This document shows positions 1 through 12,880 of a stretch of 64,000 nucleotides of DNA, one piece after another. The position numbers and the translations under genes were made by a program. The stretch is from Phoronis australis (taxonomy: Eukaryota; Animalia; Phoronida): positions 1,206,618 to 1,270,617 of the forward strand of contig NMRA01000013.1 of assembly GCA_002633005.1 (NCBI GenBank). The letters are read 5' to 3'. The notes beneath the pieces are model-generated. The model saw only the letters and a program-made list of their open reading frames with translations, was not told where the DNA came from and made no database searches. Position 1 is the first letter of the stretch. Every line of letters begins with the position of its first letter.

Positions 1-190
1 CGGTTTCACTTACCTAGGACATGGGATAGGGCGCTGAAGAGAATCCCGCGTAAACTGTACTACAGATCACATGACAAGTCACGTTACAACTCAGTGGCCT
101 GATGAAGTCCTCGAGAGGAGGACGCAACGTAGCCATAAATCTCCACGTACCGTAAGTCCAGTAATAGATTTATTGATTCTTATACTAGAA
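1..190 (+). mobile_element. 3' end of a Penelope-like retroelement (GIY-YIG endonuclease C-terminus plus hammerhead-containing terminal region)
   Basis: Frame 1 reads RFHLPRTWDRALKR...SVA* (stop 100-102), resembling the L-P-x-x-W-x-x-x-L tail of Penelope GIY-YIG domains. The stop lies inside a CTGATGA hammerhead core. The right boundary is approximate. Confidence 0.65.
95..135 (+). ncRNA. Minimal type-I hammerhead ribozyme motif, probably inactivated (GAAA>GCAA)
   Basis: TGGC-CTGATGA-A-GTCCTC-gagag-GAGGAC-GCAAC-GTA-GCCA: stem I TGGC/GCCA, 6-bp stem II, palindromic ACGT stem III. Confidence 0.65.
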
Positions 191-324
191 TATTGAATTG
201 CTTACTGTTTTCGTGGATGTTGTAATTACAAAAAAGATGCTGTTTTTGCTTTTGTCGTCACTTGTGTTAGCGTTCCTAATATCAGAGTCTGTTAGAGGTC
301 TCTGTATTATTGTAGAGTATGCTT

Positions 325-600
325 ATAGAGTGTTTTCATACGATGTCATCAATTAGGTCATCCGCCATGTTGGAGGACAAACATTTCAATATGGTTGTAG
401 TATCGTGAAGCAAAGACACATTATTTCTTTGCTGAATGCCCGGCAGAATTTACTCAGCATAATTGTGCAGTAGTTGGCTGCTCGAGAAGGAGTGATGAAG
501 ATGTTATGTCGTTGTATCGTCTTTTAGAAATTATTGAAGGTGAAAAGACCAAATAGTTGTCTCTAAATAAGACAGTCGAACAAATTTGTTTCGTTACGAA
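325..600 (+). mobile_element. Degenerate THAP-domain relic of a DNA transposon (Harbinger/ISL2EU-like)
   Basis: 464-570 translates CAVVGCSRRSDEDVMSLYRLLEIIEGEKTK*LS, matching a THAP N-terminus (CxVxGC...SFYRxP), with an in-frame stop. Confidence 0.5.
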
Positions 601-1133
601 GAAATTCTTCTATATCATCGCAAAGATAACACGTCCCACACCTCAAAAATTTAAAAATATCAAAATCGGATTAAGCTGTATAAAGTTATTATAACTTTTT
701 ATGCCCAATTTTGAGCCACTTTTTTGATCGGGTTGGCCTGCTTGGACGACAGCGACATAAGTAACGAGTTTAAATTTTATTATAAATTATTTTCACTGAT
801 ATTTTACAAAGAAATTTAGTGAGACATATCTTTACCACCTATTCTGTACGATTCAACATTTTTCACCAGAATATTGTCACGCATATGGTATTCATTGAGT
901 GATAACGAGCTCACAATTCCGGCAGCGACAGCATGGCTACTTTTGCTGAACTTGAAAAACATGTTCATCCGGGTACTTCAATTGTGAAGATATAACTATG
1001 ATACACTTTGATAAACGCTGTTATAAAAAGCAACGATGTGCAACTTCAGGTTTTGTGCAAAAAAATATAAGGAACACACGTATTTCAATAATTTCACTTT
1101 GAAATGCAGTTGAAAGTAGAGATTTCAAAAGCG

Positions 1134-1574
1134 TCAAACTTTGTCTTTTGCTCCCACAACTCTGTAGTTACATTTGCATAACGATTGGTGTGATCCCTTA
1201 GTCTGTGTCTCCTTTAAATTGAGTTCATTTTCCCAAGGGTTACTGCTCGCTAACAGTGCCTTCATGTGGCTACTCCAGTGGACCTCTGCGTCAGTCACCA
1301 GTTTTCTAGGATCCAGCTTTGCTGCTTCAGATGCCCTATGTTTTCGGTTTTCTAGGTTTGTCCAGGTTGGGTGAGAACAGACATGGCAGGACCCAATGCC
1401 AAACTGACACCAGATGAAGGTACGGTACGGACTCATTAAACTCATAAGTGTACAATTACTGCCACTTGCACGACTGTACAAAACGTACCCCTTTTGACCA
1501 CCATCCCCTAGTTCAAAATACGTGAAATTTTTTGGTAAGCCATTGATAACGTAAACTAAGGCAATTGGTCTCAA
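1134..1574 (-). mobile_element. Possible degenerate hAT transposase fragment
   Basis: PRKLVTDAEVHWSSHMKAL resembles the hAT KLxxDxxTRW(N/S)S motif; nothing else supports the call. Confidence 0.25.
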
Positions 1575-2986
1575 GTGACNGCATTTAGAAAGCGAAGTAA
1601 ATCTGAAAATTAAACGCTTTTGATAGTTTTGGTCTGACTATTTTCATTACGGCAACTTTGTCTTTACCTAAAACCTCTGTTTATGCCAGCTGAGTTCGTT
1701 AAGAAGTTTGTTAAGAACTTTACAGGCGCAAACATAGTCTGAATGAAATAAGTATCACACGCTGAATTAGGGCTACATGTAGTTAATGATCTTGATAATG
1801 AATAAATTCAATGTAAACTCAATATTTGTGATTTCATTCTCAGGGGCTCTGTATTACACGGCCATTCACGTACAAATGAACCATAACTTACTCGAGCAAA
1901 TACTAATAGACACTTAACATGAGTCCTAAACAAAGTAGAAAAGGAAAATTTTAAAAAAAAATATTTCGAGTAAAAAGTAGGAGCCGGGATCTAATCTTTG
2001 TGCTCGAAAATGAACTCGAACTTATTTTTAACATTTTCCCGTCTACTTTTGCTCAAACCTATGGTAAGTGTCTATTGTGTCTATTATTCTGTGCTCGGTT
2101 ACATCAGGATTAACGCGGATGAGTTTTTATTCCAAGTTCGCACTTGATGACTCTGAAATTAGAGCTACAAACTCAAAGAAAAATTCGAGATTTCGAGTAA
2201 AATTTCGAGATTCCGAGTTCAAACTCGAACTCATAGCATACTGCATTAATGCTGGGCTCATCAAGTGCAAACTTGAACTAAAACCTACTCCGAATCGTGT
2301 TCCAAGTCGTGAGCGCTTCAGATTTCAAAGGGTTGATACCCTCGGCATTCGACACGCGACGAGTCAATGGCAAAACTCGGTATTAATAACACAACCTGAT
2401 AACGCAAATATTTTGATTACAAGGAAATCATATAAAGAAGAGCGCCTTTTTAGTGCAGAAATAAAGAACCATCTGTCCTTCCCATTTCTTGCCCATCCAA
2501 CCCCTTTTGAGTGGTTGTTGCCATTTGATGGTGCGTCTTTCCCACACGGAGCTCTTTCTTTCTCATCCAAGGTCCATGCTTTCCATTTCATCATCAAGCT
2601 TGATACCGTGATCTCGGGCAACGTGCATGCGTACAGTGCTGTTGTGGCTCGAGACGAAGTTTTTATAGACAATGTTAATTCAGACGCCGAATCATATCAT
2701 CAGACGAAGTAAGAATTTTCGTAAGTTGCTGAAAAAATTACAAATGATAACTTAAAGACAAATGATTTCTTGGTGGTAGTGTTTCAACAATGTTCTGTTT
2801 TCTCTTGTATTATGATTTAAAGTGGTCAGTGCAAAGACCAAGCGATGTTGAAGGATTCGGTCGCAGATGTAATGTTGATGGTCATTCACTCTGTTGGCTT
2901 AATTTTAGTTAAAATCTCCGTGAAATAAAACAGACTGATCAAAACAAAGGCGCTCGAATTTCCTGATGACTCATAGCCATGTATGA

Positions 2987-5900
2987 GAAACATAAAGGTT
3001 GGACACTGAAACTTTGCCGAGCCGAAGCTCCCAACTTCAACTGTCCCAAATCCAAATAAAATCTGTGTGCATCTCCCTCAGACTGGTATTAGCGGGGAGG
3101 AAATATATGCAGATTTGCAAAAATTGGGCACTTTGTGACAAGTTTTTGAAGTTTGGTACAATGTTAGGTATAAGCAAAGGAAATTCAAAAAACACCGCAA
3201 ACAAAGTGTGCTAGCCCCCTGGTGGTCGCCACCCGCAAAATTCAATATGGCCGCCGCCGAAATTGGAAATTGGCGTATCTCAGTAATTATTATCACTAAA
3301 CCAAATTCTGATATCATATTTTCATTGCTTTTGGGGTGCGGAGTTCATTTCTGGTGTTAGTTTTATGTTTTGTGGCCAATTCCAATGCAAAATGATACTT
3401 TTAAGGCAAATGTCATTTACAAATAAGTCAAATTTATGTTTGCCCTCACAGAAGTTAGTTTGCTTAATTAATGTCGTATATCGACATGATTCGCAGCACA
3501 AAATCCTAAAATTACAATTTTTCAAAACCAGATTTACACAAAATAGGACTTTGTCTAGCTGACAATGACAGTACTTCTAGACTGATATATATAGAAACAT
3601 AGATAACAACTGAAGGAACACTGAGAATGGTCTACCAAATACTGCTTGCTGCTAGTTTGTATCACGAACTTATAAAGCAACCAGACATTGAGAAAGATGA
3701 CATTTCAAGAGTCATTGCTGGTGCATATAGCGGAAAGGGTGTCTCTCCTTTCGTTGATAGATGGTAGTTTGTTTTGCTAGCTTCGTTTGCGGCATTGCTG
3801 CATAACTGATGAGAGATAGTGCAAACGATTTCATTCTGGCGCTTAGGTTCCCTTGGGTCTTCTGCCATTTTCTCCTCAATAGAGTTCGAACTCTGAAGTA
3901 AGACATCTAGAAGAGTCAGAAGAGGTTTCGGAACTGGCCCACTGGAACAGTTTGAATTCAATGACCCATTGAGTGGCACTTGTAGTAGAATACCTTCACG
4001 ATGCAGGACACCAACTTCAGCAATCTTCTTAGTTTCGTCTTCCGTAACCTAGACATGTGCAGTCTCTGTCACAGCGGCGCTAACTTTGTTCTTACGAGAG
4101 ATGTAAATATCTCCACCCATTGAGTATTCAAACCAATCACACCTTAGCTTTTCTATAATATGTTCTTTGAATCTTTTGGGTGCACGTACACACCAATTCA
4201 ATCAGAGTCCAGCTGCTCCAGCCGACGATCATGAAGCTTTCTCAACTCAGCAAGCTTGAAAGTGCAATGGCTGAACTTCACCAACGCTACTAGCTGAGCG
4301 ATTACCAAAGGATCGTATTGCTGACTAACGTAAGTTTCCTTGGCATATGACGTTTGGGCTGTTCGAACATCGTTGTTCAGATTATAACATGATAAGTGAT
4401 AATGGACATCACCAGCCTTAGGGTCAATAGCAGTGTTTAAAAGTACAAGAGTCACCCAGTTCTTGGATTCTGTAGCCTAGCTGTTCAGGTGTTTGCTACA
4501 GTTTTGACTTCTCGCTCTGTATATTTGTTCATGGTCTTCATCTTGAAACTTTCCACCGCAGGCGGCACTGCATATTGGTGCGATCCACCGTTTTTTCGGA
4601 CTCGATTTCTTTTCACTATCAGAGATGTTCCTGGTCATTTTTTCCAATTCCCGCTGTATAATGTATGAGTGGAAGAGTCGGCGGCATCCGTTGTGGTATT
4701 TAGCTCCATTCTTTAGCAGTTTGTTTGCTATTCCTGAACCATCATTCAGGCTCAACAAGTTCACTCTCATTGGTAAAGGTACACCATTGTCGGCAAAACG
4801 TTTCAAATTGTTTTCAGGGTTGGTACGCACTGTATTGACCCTTCCTTTTAAATAGGCATCGTAATTTTGTGTGAGATTGTACTTGGCGAAGGCAACATAA
4901 TGACCAGTTGGTGACCTTTCTTTTAGAAATTTTGAAGGGACTGTCGTCACTTATGTTGAGGTATTGTTATCAACACAAATGGGCTGAGATATGTCTTAAA
5001 TAAGTTAAAATAGGTTAAAATAATTACTAATTACCTTTTCAGGCATTATATTCGGCCTGATTCCAAGCAACAAAAATAATATATGTAAGAGTGAAACTCC
5101 CCGGGACCAATTGTTTGACATTTTCTATCCGGTGACAAGCTTTTGATATTTTCAGTCCAGAGACAGTTTACGAAGACTTAAATAGCCTCAAAACATAAAA
5201 CTATCATCAGAAATGAACTCTTCACATCCAAAAATATTGAAAACATGGTTTTCAATATGCTCTAGTGATAATAATAGCTGAAATACGCCAACTTCCATTT
5301 TCGGCGGCGGCCATATTGGATTTTGTGCCTAGCGGCCACCAGGGGGTTAGCATAGTTTGTTTGCGGTGTTTTTTAGAAATGCTTTACCTATCCCTAACAT
5401 TTTACCAATTTTCAAAAACTTGTCAGAAAGTGCGCGATTTTTATGAATTCCCTCTCCGCTATATTGGACAAACCTACGAAGCCTTGTCTTTCCTTGATCC
5501 CATTAAGTCATTCATGTGAGTGATGAATTTGCAACGGAATTTTCAAAATAATCTAAGAACTCTGAATTCAAGGACCTAAAATAGTTAATATGGCGGATTC
5601 CAGTTGTGCTTTAACTTGCAGGTCAGTCGAAGATAAAATTTCGAATTTGAGCAAACAACCCCCATGTAAAAGTCAAGAAATTTATCCCCAATTTAGATGA
5701 TTAAGGGTAATGAAAAAACTTTCCACTTATGTGTAATGTGTTTCTTCTAATAGCTAATTTTATCACTTAACCTAGAATTCAATTGTAAGATCTTGACATT
5801 ATGCGCTACTCTTTGTTGAAGCACAACGAAAACTCGTTTTTTGGCAGAGATTTCCGATATTTGACTGCACGTTTAGTCGTGGTAAATGACCTATCGGCAA

Positions 5901-6317
5901 CTGCCGGATTTCGCAGTAGGCCAGCGTTAGTAGTCACTTCGGTTATATACAACTATGTCATCACCAGAGTTTAACTACATTCAACTTGATGCTAAATTAT
6001 GTGGAGGGCACTCAAATAACATTCGTAGGCGCGCGAAAACAGAGCTTCGAAATTGCTTCGGGAGCGTCCGCCAAAAACCCGGATGCTTGACGGTCGTCTG
6101 CCATGAACATCATACGTCACAAAATAAGGTCTTTGAATTTATGATTTTGGCGTTTTTAGACATTTTTGTCGTCAAATCACCACTTGAAGGCAATTTGAAG
6201 AGATCAAATGAAAGAAGGTATTCAAAGATTTGTTCGATACTAGTTTCGCGGAGTTCCATGCACATTTGAGTAGAAAATTCTGAGCAAACATAGTTGAGTG
6301 TCCAACCTTTATGTTTC
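2987..6317. mobile_element. Non-autonomous TIR element hosting the Academ-like insertion
   Basis: Perfect 21-bp inverted repeat GAAACATAAAGGTTGGACACT (2987-3007) / AGTGTCCAACCTTTATGTTTC (6297-6317). Confidence 0.6.
3090..5461 (-). mobile_element. Academ-like DNA transposon, internally deleted and degenerate
   Basis: Imperfect TIRs of about 290 bp (about 3090-3380 and 5180-5461), with 5'-TAGCGG...CCGCTA-3' termini and a 3-bp TAT TSD (3087-3089 and 5462-5464). Broken minus-strand ORFs carry AKYHNGC, DVHYHLSCY and ETPFPLY motifs, which I associate with Academ proteins. Confidence 0.75.
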
Positions 6318-6772
6318 CTTAGTAGTGAGCGACGTCAGTTATGATCGAGGAACAGATAAACTCAAGTGCCTCTGGATCAAAACGTATTCCCAAATGATGC
6401 TGTTTCAAAATGATACTCTATCAAATGAGCGGAAGTGTGTGTAAAAATTTGGATGCATGTAACCAATAAACAAGGTTGGAAGTTCGTACATTGAAAGCGT
6501 AGAGATTAGTGTCATACATACGACACTAGAATTGCACATGAAATACATATATAGGTTATACAACGTACGAGGGCGAAGCCCGAGTTCAAATAGAGCTATC
6601 TAGCTGGTTAGGTTTATTGCGGGTTTATATTAAAGCCACTCTGTCGATATGTCTTCACGTTAGCACCTATGACCAAAAAACCGTTTAGATGTAAAGTGAT
6701 CTTGTACTTCATCACGTTTGTTTTCTTCACAGCTTTGTCATCAGTCGTCATCCGCGGTAGTGGTAACCTGCA

Positions 6773-6781
6773 ATGCCACAG
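6773..6781 (+). CDS. Calponin-homology (myophilin/transgelin-like) protein, coding exon 1 (MPQ)
   Basis: Acceptor ttttcttcacAG at 6732, in-frame stops upstream of ATG 6773, donor CAG|GTACGT. Phase 0 matches the next exon. Confidence 0.6.
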
Positions 6782-7207
6782 GTACGTCACGAGTTATTTT
6801 GTCATTTCAAATCATTAGCCGATTCTAACCTTGCATCACACAGTCTTCCAGGACCAATCCAATCTCGCGTTCAATTCAAACTCCGTGGACTTCGGTAAAA
6901 GTGGTGGTTATCGGATGGGGCGGTGAACTTGGTATCGTCCAAGAGAGGGCTAAGTCCCCAATTATTTTGATCGAATGAAGGGCTCAGCTTTTATGTTATT
7001 AGAAAATGAAATTAGTCGAAAAAGAGCTCACAACAAATATAAAATGATAGGAAAAATAATACATTTGTGAGTAAAGAAAGAACCAAATACGCAAAAGATT
7101 CAGAGAACTCAGTTGAGTTCCGGGCACAGATACATCATGTGTAAGATTTCCACATGTCGGCTTTTCTTGATTGTGGCAGCAGGTGTTACTAATTTGACTT
7201 GTTGTAG

Positions 7208-7270
7208 TGGAACATCAAGCTGGCTCGAGCGGTTCTGAAGTGGATAAACTCCACGCTAAAAGAACAGGCT
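7208..7270 (+). CDS. Calponin-homology protein, coding exon 2
   Basis: ttgtAG|WNIKLARAVLKWINSTLKEQA|GTAAGT; helix A of a CH domain with the conserved WI. Confidence 0.8.
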
Positions 7271-7579
7271 GTAAGTATAACACCCTCACGTATTTAAGAC
7301 TTGTAGACAGAAATAAGATGCACGTGATTATTTTAGAAAATTGACTGAATCTCACTTGAGCACAAGTATAAAGTCTCTGAAATTATAGCGCACATAACTG
7401 CTAGTTACGGAGATGATTCCTATACCTTACCTTTAGACTGACATCCGATCAATGTTTCTTGGCTGAACCCTTTTCGGCAATTGTGAAGAGCTTCATTGTC
7501 GCATAATGTGTATAAAGGTCTGTATGACGTGCTTGCGTTTTACGTGTTGGCATTCAATGTATGGGTATGAAGCGTCAAG

Positions 7580-7855
7580 GGGTTCTTAAACGAGTACATT
7601 TCTACGCGATGAAATGTGCTTTTGCTTGATCTACGTACATTTAATCAGTTCATATAGTCCAATCACGCGCGTGCTTTCAATTTAATTGATTAAGAGCAGA
7701 ACGATGATGGTTTAAGAACTAAAAGTACGCATAGATTAAGCAAAAGCGCGCGTAAATTAAGCAAAAGAACACGTATATTAAACAAAAGTACACGTAGATT
7801 AAGCGAAAGTACGGGTAGATTAAGCACATTTCAACTCGTACTCGTTTAAGAATCC
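7580..7855. mobile_element. MITE with internal 21-bp tandem repeats
   Basis: 17/18 TIR GG(G/A)TTCTTAAACGAGTAC (7580-7597 and 7838-7855); about 5 copies of AAAAGTACACGTAGATTAAGC at about 7721-7825. Confidence 0.65.
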
Positions 7856-8202
7856 TTTGGCACTTCGTATATGGCCAGCGTTGACGTGTGTCGACGTGCA
7901 CATGTTTACAGGACGATGTGGCGATCGGAGTGTGTGTGTATGAGTACCATTGTCTCCTGGGATTCCCCTGGCGGTCTTGCTTCCTCAACGGCTGAAACTG
8001 GACGTAACATGCCGTGACAAGTGTAACTTAACTAGTCTGCCGCAACGACAATCCATCAGTTCTTCCCAAGCTTCGAAATCGTTTCCAATTTGAATAAGAA
8101 ACACGGTAAAATGTAACCAATACTCAGGGTTCGTTAGTTACAGTCTAGGTAGGATAGATTTTGAAACGGCAATTGGCCTCTACGTTACAGAACTAAGGTC
8201 CT

Positions 8203-8354
8203 GGGCTGAGTTGCATAAAGCTTCAAAAGATATCCGCTGGATAAGTTTGATTGTTGCATGATGTCATGTGCATTGTTCAACAATAACAACGTGACGCGTG
8301 ATAATGCGACGTCATTGTTGCTATACGGCGTATAACTTTTATGCAACTGGGCCC
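8203..8354. mobile_element. Short MITE (GGGCCCAGTTGCATAAA-type TIR family)
   Basis: GGGCTGAGTTGCATAAAG ... TTTTATGCAACTGGGCCC. Related termini occur at about 13842-14188 and 62871-63006. Confidence 0.55.
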
Positions 8355-9019
8355 TGGTTTATATCTCCTTCGAGATCTCTTATTGCGCCACCTAACGGCA
8401 GGCTCTAACGTGCCAAGTGCGCAATACGGCAATCAGCGCTGGCGTTATGATTGCACATCGGGAGTGCACTGCGTCCGGTATTTATTTTGAACTACATTAC
8501 ACAAGATAGATAACTAAAGGGGCAATAAAACCTTACCATCTATCCAAAAAAGCACCTTGATTTAGCCCACATGTCATTACATACTCGTATTAGAAATGAT
8601 TTGGAAGCGTGGAAAGAACTGCTGAGACAACGCTCCCGGAGACAACTTGTTTCAGTCGCAAGGCCAGTAAGGCAGTCATAGTAATTAATTCCAGGAATCT
8701 TATTGCGACCAAATTCAATTCAAGCAAAGGCGAAGAATACGATGACCTTGCCTTGCAAGAGCAAATTCGCCTGAGAGGAAAATTGTTTTTGACACCAGAA
8801 TACCCATAAAATTTCACCGTGGAAATGCATTCTACTATGGTAACTACTAATATACATATCTTGTTTACCTTCCTGGTTTGTCAGAAATCCCATCAGAATA
8901 ATAAAACAGAAAAAACGCACATGTATAAACTTTACAATTTCTCCACAGAGATGTGCATAAGTCAAAATCTGACTTGACACGGACCTCTAGGGTTTTGACG
9001 TTCGTCTATCAATTCGCAG

Positions 9020-9087
9020 GTAGACCAAGACAACACGTCAACGGACTACTTTCAAGAGGTTTTGAAGAGTGGTATCCTCATATGCAG
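9020..9087 (+). CDS. Calponin-homology protein, coding exon 3
   Basis: tcgcAG|VDQDNTSTDYFQEVLKSGILIC(R)|GTTTGT; matches the CH motif FxxxLKDGxxLC. Phase 0 to phase 2. Confidence 0.85.
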
Positions 9088-11277
9088 GTTTGTAACAGTC
9101 ATGTGCAATTATTGTTCACCATAGACCATATACAACAGATTCGCAATTCCCACATTTTTCATATGGAATTCCCAGAAGAGTCGCCACTTCCCGGTTAGCG
9201 GGCAGGCGAACTACTTGCCCGCAGTAAAACAGTGACTCACACCAGGCGCCGCTAGTGAACAATGACTACTCGGTGTTCGTTGCGCCTTACACATACGGTC
9301 GCCTATTTTGTTCATTGAGAGTTGGCGTTCCATGTACTAGAATATGCTGTTCACTGAAATGCTTTCAGACCCAGCTATAGGCAATACTCAGGTTTTAAAC
9401 ACAGCTGAAGGTCCACCGGAGGGCTTTTCACCACTTGGTGAAATGCATATAAACCAAAAGAATGGGAGAAAATTTCTTGTTCAGTGTGTTAGTACTTTAA
9501 GCAAACCAATTTCCTTTGACACGTTTAGAAAATGGCAAACGGCCTTATCGGTTATATTTGCCTCTCTTTACCTTTCTCTAACAAAAGAGAATCAAATCGT
9601 CTGCCATCTTCTACCCTAACTGTATGAAGACTATCGTCAAAAAGCTGTATATTTAGTATACAGCTTTGTACCAAGGCTAAGTTACTTCGCGCGACCAGTG
9701 GTAAGATGTGCGCGTAAATGCTATCTGACAGCGATTTGTTTTCCAATTGAGACTAAATGTTCTCTTTACTACTAGTCGGTAAACTAACACTTAACTAGGG
9801 TTGGAAGTACGCACATCGAAAGTGTAAATTAAAATCATACATATCACACCCGAATTGCACATCAAATAATAACCTGCACAAGTCGAAATTGCTCGCGTGA
9901 ACACATTTATCGGAAAATAAATAAATAAATATGGCGAATATAACTGCACAGAAATCAACTCTTTCGAAAGATCTTATTCACTTTAAGATTCGACTGTTTG
10001 CTATTTGCTTATTACTTCGTCATTTGCATTTTTGTTAACTTGTGAACTGAAGCATTCAGTTGGCTGATTGGCTGGCGTTCAGGTCACTACGTGGCGCCAT
10101 TGGGTCAAAAACTGAGATAACTCGATGGCAGATGATTTGATTCGTCATTTCTAGAGAAAAGTAAAACAGGCGAAATATAACTAGTAAGACCGTTTGCAGT
10201 TCCTTAAATATGTCAAGGCAATTTTATTTGGTTAGTACTAACAAATTTTGGTTTATGCCCATGAAAGACGCTCCAATGGCCCTTCAGCTCTGTGTAAGAG
10301 ATGAGTATCGGCTACTTTACTACCTGACGGAACAGTAAATGTAGCGAAAATGAGCTCCCCCTTGCAATGAAAAATGGAAAAGTATTGTGCATGTATCTAC
10401 TACCTACAGACCTTCCCATCTCTTAGGATTGTGGGAAGGCGAGACGAAACGAAAATATATTAGCGGCTGAAAGCTCGCCTAATGGTTACACGAACTCAGA
10501 CCACTGAGTTCGGGAAACTATTTTTCCACCCGCCATTAACCCATCGCGAGTGCGCAGACTGGGCTGCCGCAATTTCCAGATTTCAGTTATACAGCACATG
10601 CTCAGCCGACGTATTTTACAGTTAACTTCTTTTACATTCCTTCGCAGCACCCTCTTGTGACCAGAAAGAAAACGTTTGTCATCAACAAAATGGCGACGCT
10701 TCGGCGAAAATTCTTGCTTCGCTTTTTCTTTTGAAATTCTTATCACAAAATATGAAAGTCTTTAACCGGTAGTCACTGGAAATGCTCTCGTGCATTGGTC
10801 GGTGCTCAAAAGTGACCTAATCAGACGTTCTTCAAGACACATTTGGTTGAAAAGTCAATTAGCAATTTGAACGTGACTTGATGCCACCTCTGTTTTGTTC
10901 CTTTAAGCCATTGACTGTATTTTTATTTTGCCACTGACTTTAAGTCAAGATTTCTCTTGATTATTTATGGGAAAATCAGATAAATACAAATTCTAGACTT
11001 AAGGAAAAAGATATTTCTTAGTCTAAGGAAAATTTAAACGAAATTGTCAAAAGATAAGGAAAAACGTCTTAACTTACAAGGAAAAACCAGTATACGGCCC
11101 CAGATTTGAAACGCATTGATTTGTCAAACGATGAACAAAGCTCTGAAGGAATTTTGACAAAAACACTATTTTATGGCGACAAATAGGTTAACGCAATCTG
11201 ACACAGTTCTGTCGACGTCCGTCCGCTTCATTTTGAAAACTACTCTACACTCTAAATGTTCCTACAAACACTCACAG

Positions 11278-11479
11278 GTGCATGGAAGCGGCCGGTGTGA
11301 CTGTCAATTTCAAGAAGAATGCAAAAATGCCGTTCCACATGATGGAGAACATTCAAATTTTCACGGACAAGGCCAGAGAGATCGGCGTCCCACCGGAATC
11401 CTCATTTCTCACCGTCGACCTATACGAAGGAAAAGACTTGTCACAAGTTGCTCTTGGTATACGGAATGTCGCCAAGCAG
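11278..11479 (+). CDS. Calponin-homology protein, coding exon 4
   Basis: tcacAG|(R)CMEAAG...MPFHMMENIQIF...IGVP..SFLTVDLYEGKDLSQV...VAKQ|GTATTT; MENI and FxTVDLYE signatures of calponin/transgelin. Phase 2 to phase 0. Confidence 0.9.
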
Positions 11480-11509
11480 GTATTTCGAAACGGCTTTCAA
11501 GTACTTTCT

Positions 11510-11959
11510 GTACCTGGTTCCAAGAAACAGTCCCAAATAGGGACTCAAATGAGTTCCCTAAATCTACTGCGTATTCGTGGGTTTGTGAAAACACCGATTG
11601 TCCTTTCATATGTTGTTTGAGTGAGTACCATTACTTAGTGAATTTTTGGTTTTGATACAAATCGAGAGTTAACTCTTAAGTTGAATTCTCAATATTATTG
11701 AAAATAAGTAGGGATCTTTTCATGCAACGCCCCAAATTTAAGGACTATGTCCCTAATTATTTTGATTGAACAAAGGGCCCAGTTTTAAGTTACATCATTT
11801 GAAAATAAAATATCAGTAGTCAAAGAGGAACTCATAATAAAGACAAAACGATAGAAAAATATTACATCTGTGAGTAAAGAAAGAAACAAATACGCAAAAG
11901 ATTTAGGGAGCTTAATATAGTTGAGTCTCTATTTGGGACCGTTTCATGCAACCGGCCCC
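11510..11959. mobile_element. MITE, with a partial second copy at about 6950-7120
   Basis: TIR-like ends GAAACAGTCCCAAATAGGGACTCAA / TTGAGTCTCTATTTGGGACCGTTTC. The internal TGTGAGTAAAGAAAGAAxCAAATACGCAAAAGATT is shared with 7066-7100. Confidence 0.6.
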
Positions 11960-12489
11960 TGAGGTCTAAGTAAAATGAATTAAGCACTATGACGGTTTTT
12001 GAACCAAGCGCAACTAAAGGGCCTTAAATATTTTTCATTGTGCCAAGTGTGGTCGTACACTTCGAAATAAGCAAAGAGCATTTTTAAACCATATGAGTTG
12101 CAAAATGTACCTTTTAAGTGCGACCAAGGAGTTCAGTTGTGGGACATCCGCAGTGGATTGCAGTAAGTTGCCACTCAAGGACGAATGATACCACAAATGA
12201 AACCAGAGAATGTACATTCACCTTTAGCGAAGAAGACAGACAATTCACAAATCTCCAGGCGTAAAATTTCATTGAGAGCCAGTAGTAGACGTGCACCATC
12301 TAGCCCAGCATGGCCTTTCACTTACTTTCACTGTGCATTGAAGCTACCGTATACGATACGTCTTTTCATCGCCGGTGGTGTTGTCAATAAAAAGTCGAGT
12401 CATATGCGCTGCTTCAGCTACACAAGCGCAAGTTGTCGGGGAATATCAATCAGAAAGATGTTGTGTCATGCTTTGTCGTACGTGAATAT

Positions 12490-12880
12490 CAATATGTTGG
12501 CATTAGAAGTGGAATCAGAGAGGTTTTCGGCCATTCCATTAAATGAAAGATTGTGTACAGCATGCAACCAAAATTTAATTGAAGACGAAATGTTTTTTTA
12601 TTTTCGTGTGCACCACACATAAAATAGTTTAAAAAACGGAGTTTCCAATTGAATGCTCCCATATAGACGTGTTTCTAAATTACCCGGATGCTCTTTCGAG
12701 GTTTTTGATTAGGGCACTAGATTGTCGCAGGAATTACCTACATTGTGTGTAACCGAATGGGTCTTTATAGGTATTCAGGTGACTTATAAGCCCAAGAGGC
12801 TGGGGATGTGTTGCAAATTTTATTTGTTTTTCTGTTGCATTCTGTAATGTATCCATGTCACTATAATAAATAGTAAACAC
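12490..12880 (+). mobile_element. 3' fragment of a CR1/L2-group LINE
   Basis: LALEVESERFSAIPLNERLCTACNQNLIEDEMFF matches the C-terminal LxIExGR...ERxCxxC...EDExHF motif; an AATAAA-rich tail follows at about 12866. Confidence 0.65.

Noticed and set aside
2068-2712. 214-aa plus-strand ORF and an overlapping minus-strand ORF with a faint MADF-like FISALKRRSSLYD
   Set aside because: Non-ATG starts, no convincing domain and repeat-like context; too weak to call.
2960-3000. Second hammerhead-like string CTGATGA-C-TCATA-gccatg-TATGA-GAAAC
   Set aside because: Stem I does not pair properly, the stem II closing pair is not G-C, and the GAAAC part belongs to the 21-bp TIR, so it is probably coincidental.
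7721-7825. Regularly spaced repeats resembling a CRISPR array
   Set aside because: Contiguous 21-bp tandem units without unique spacers, in eukaryotic DNA with no cas genes.
10250-10305. Candidate CH-domain exon (NGPSALCK)
   Set aside because: The exon at 9020-9087 fits the motif and phase far better.
11480-11620. C-terminal part of the 112-aa ORF 11282-11620
   Set aside because: Read-through past the GT donor at 11480 into an intronic MITE.
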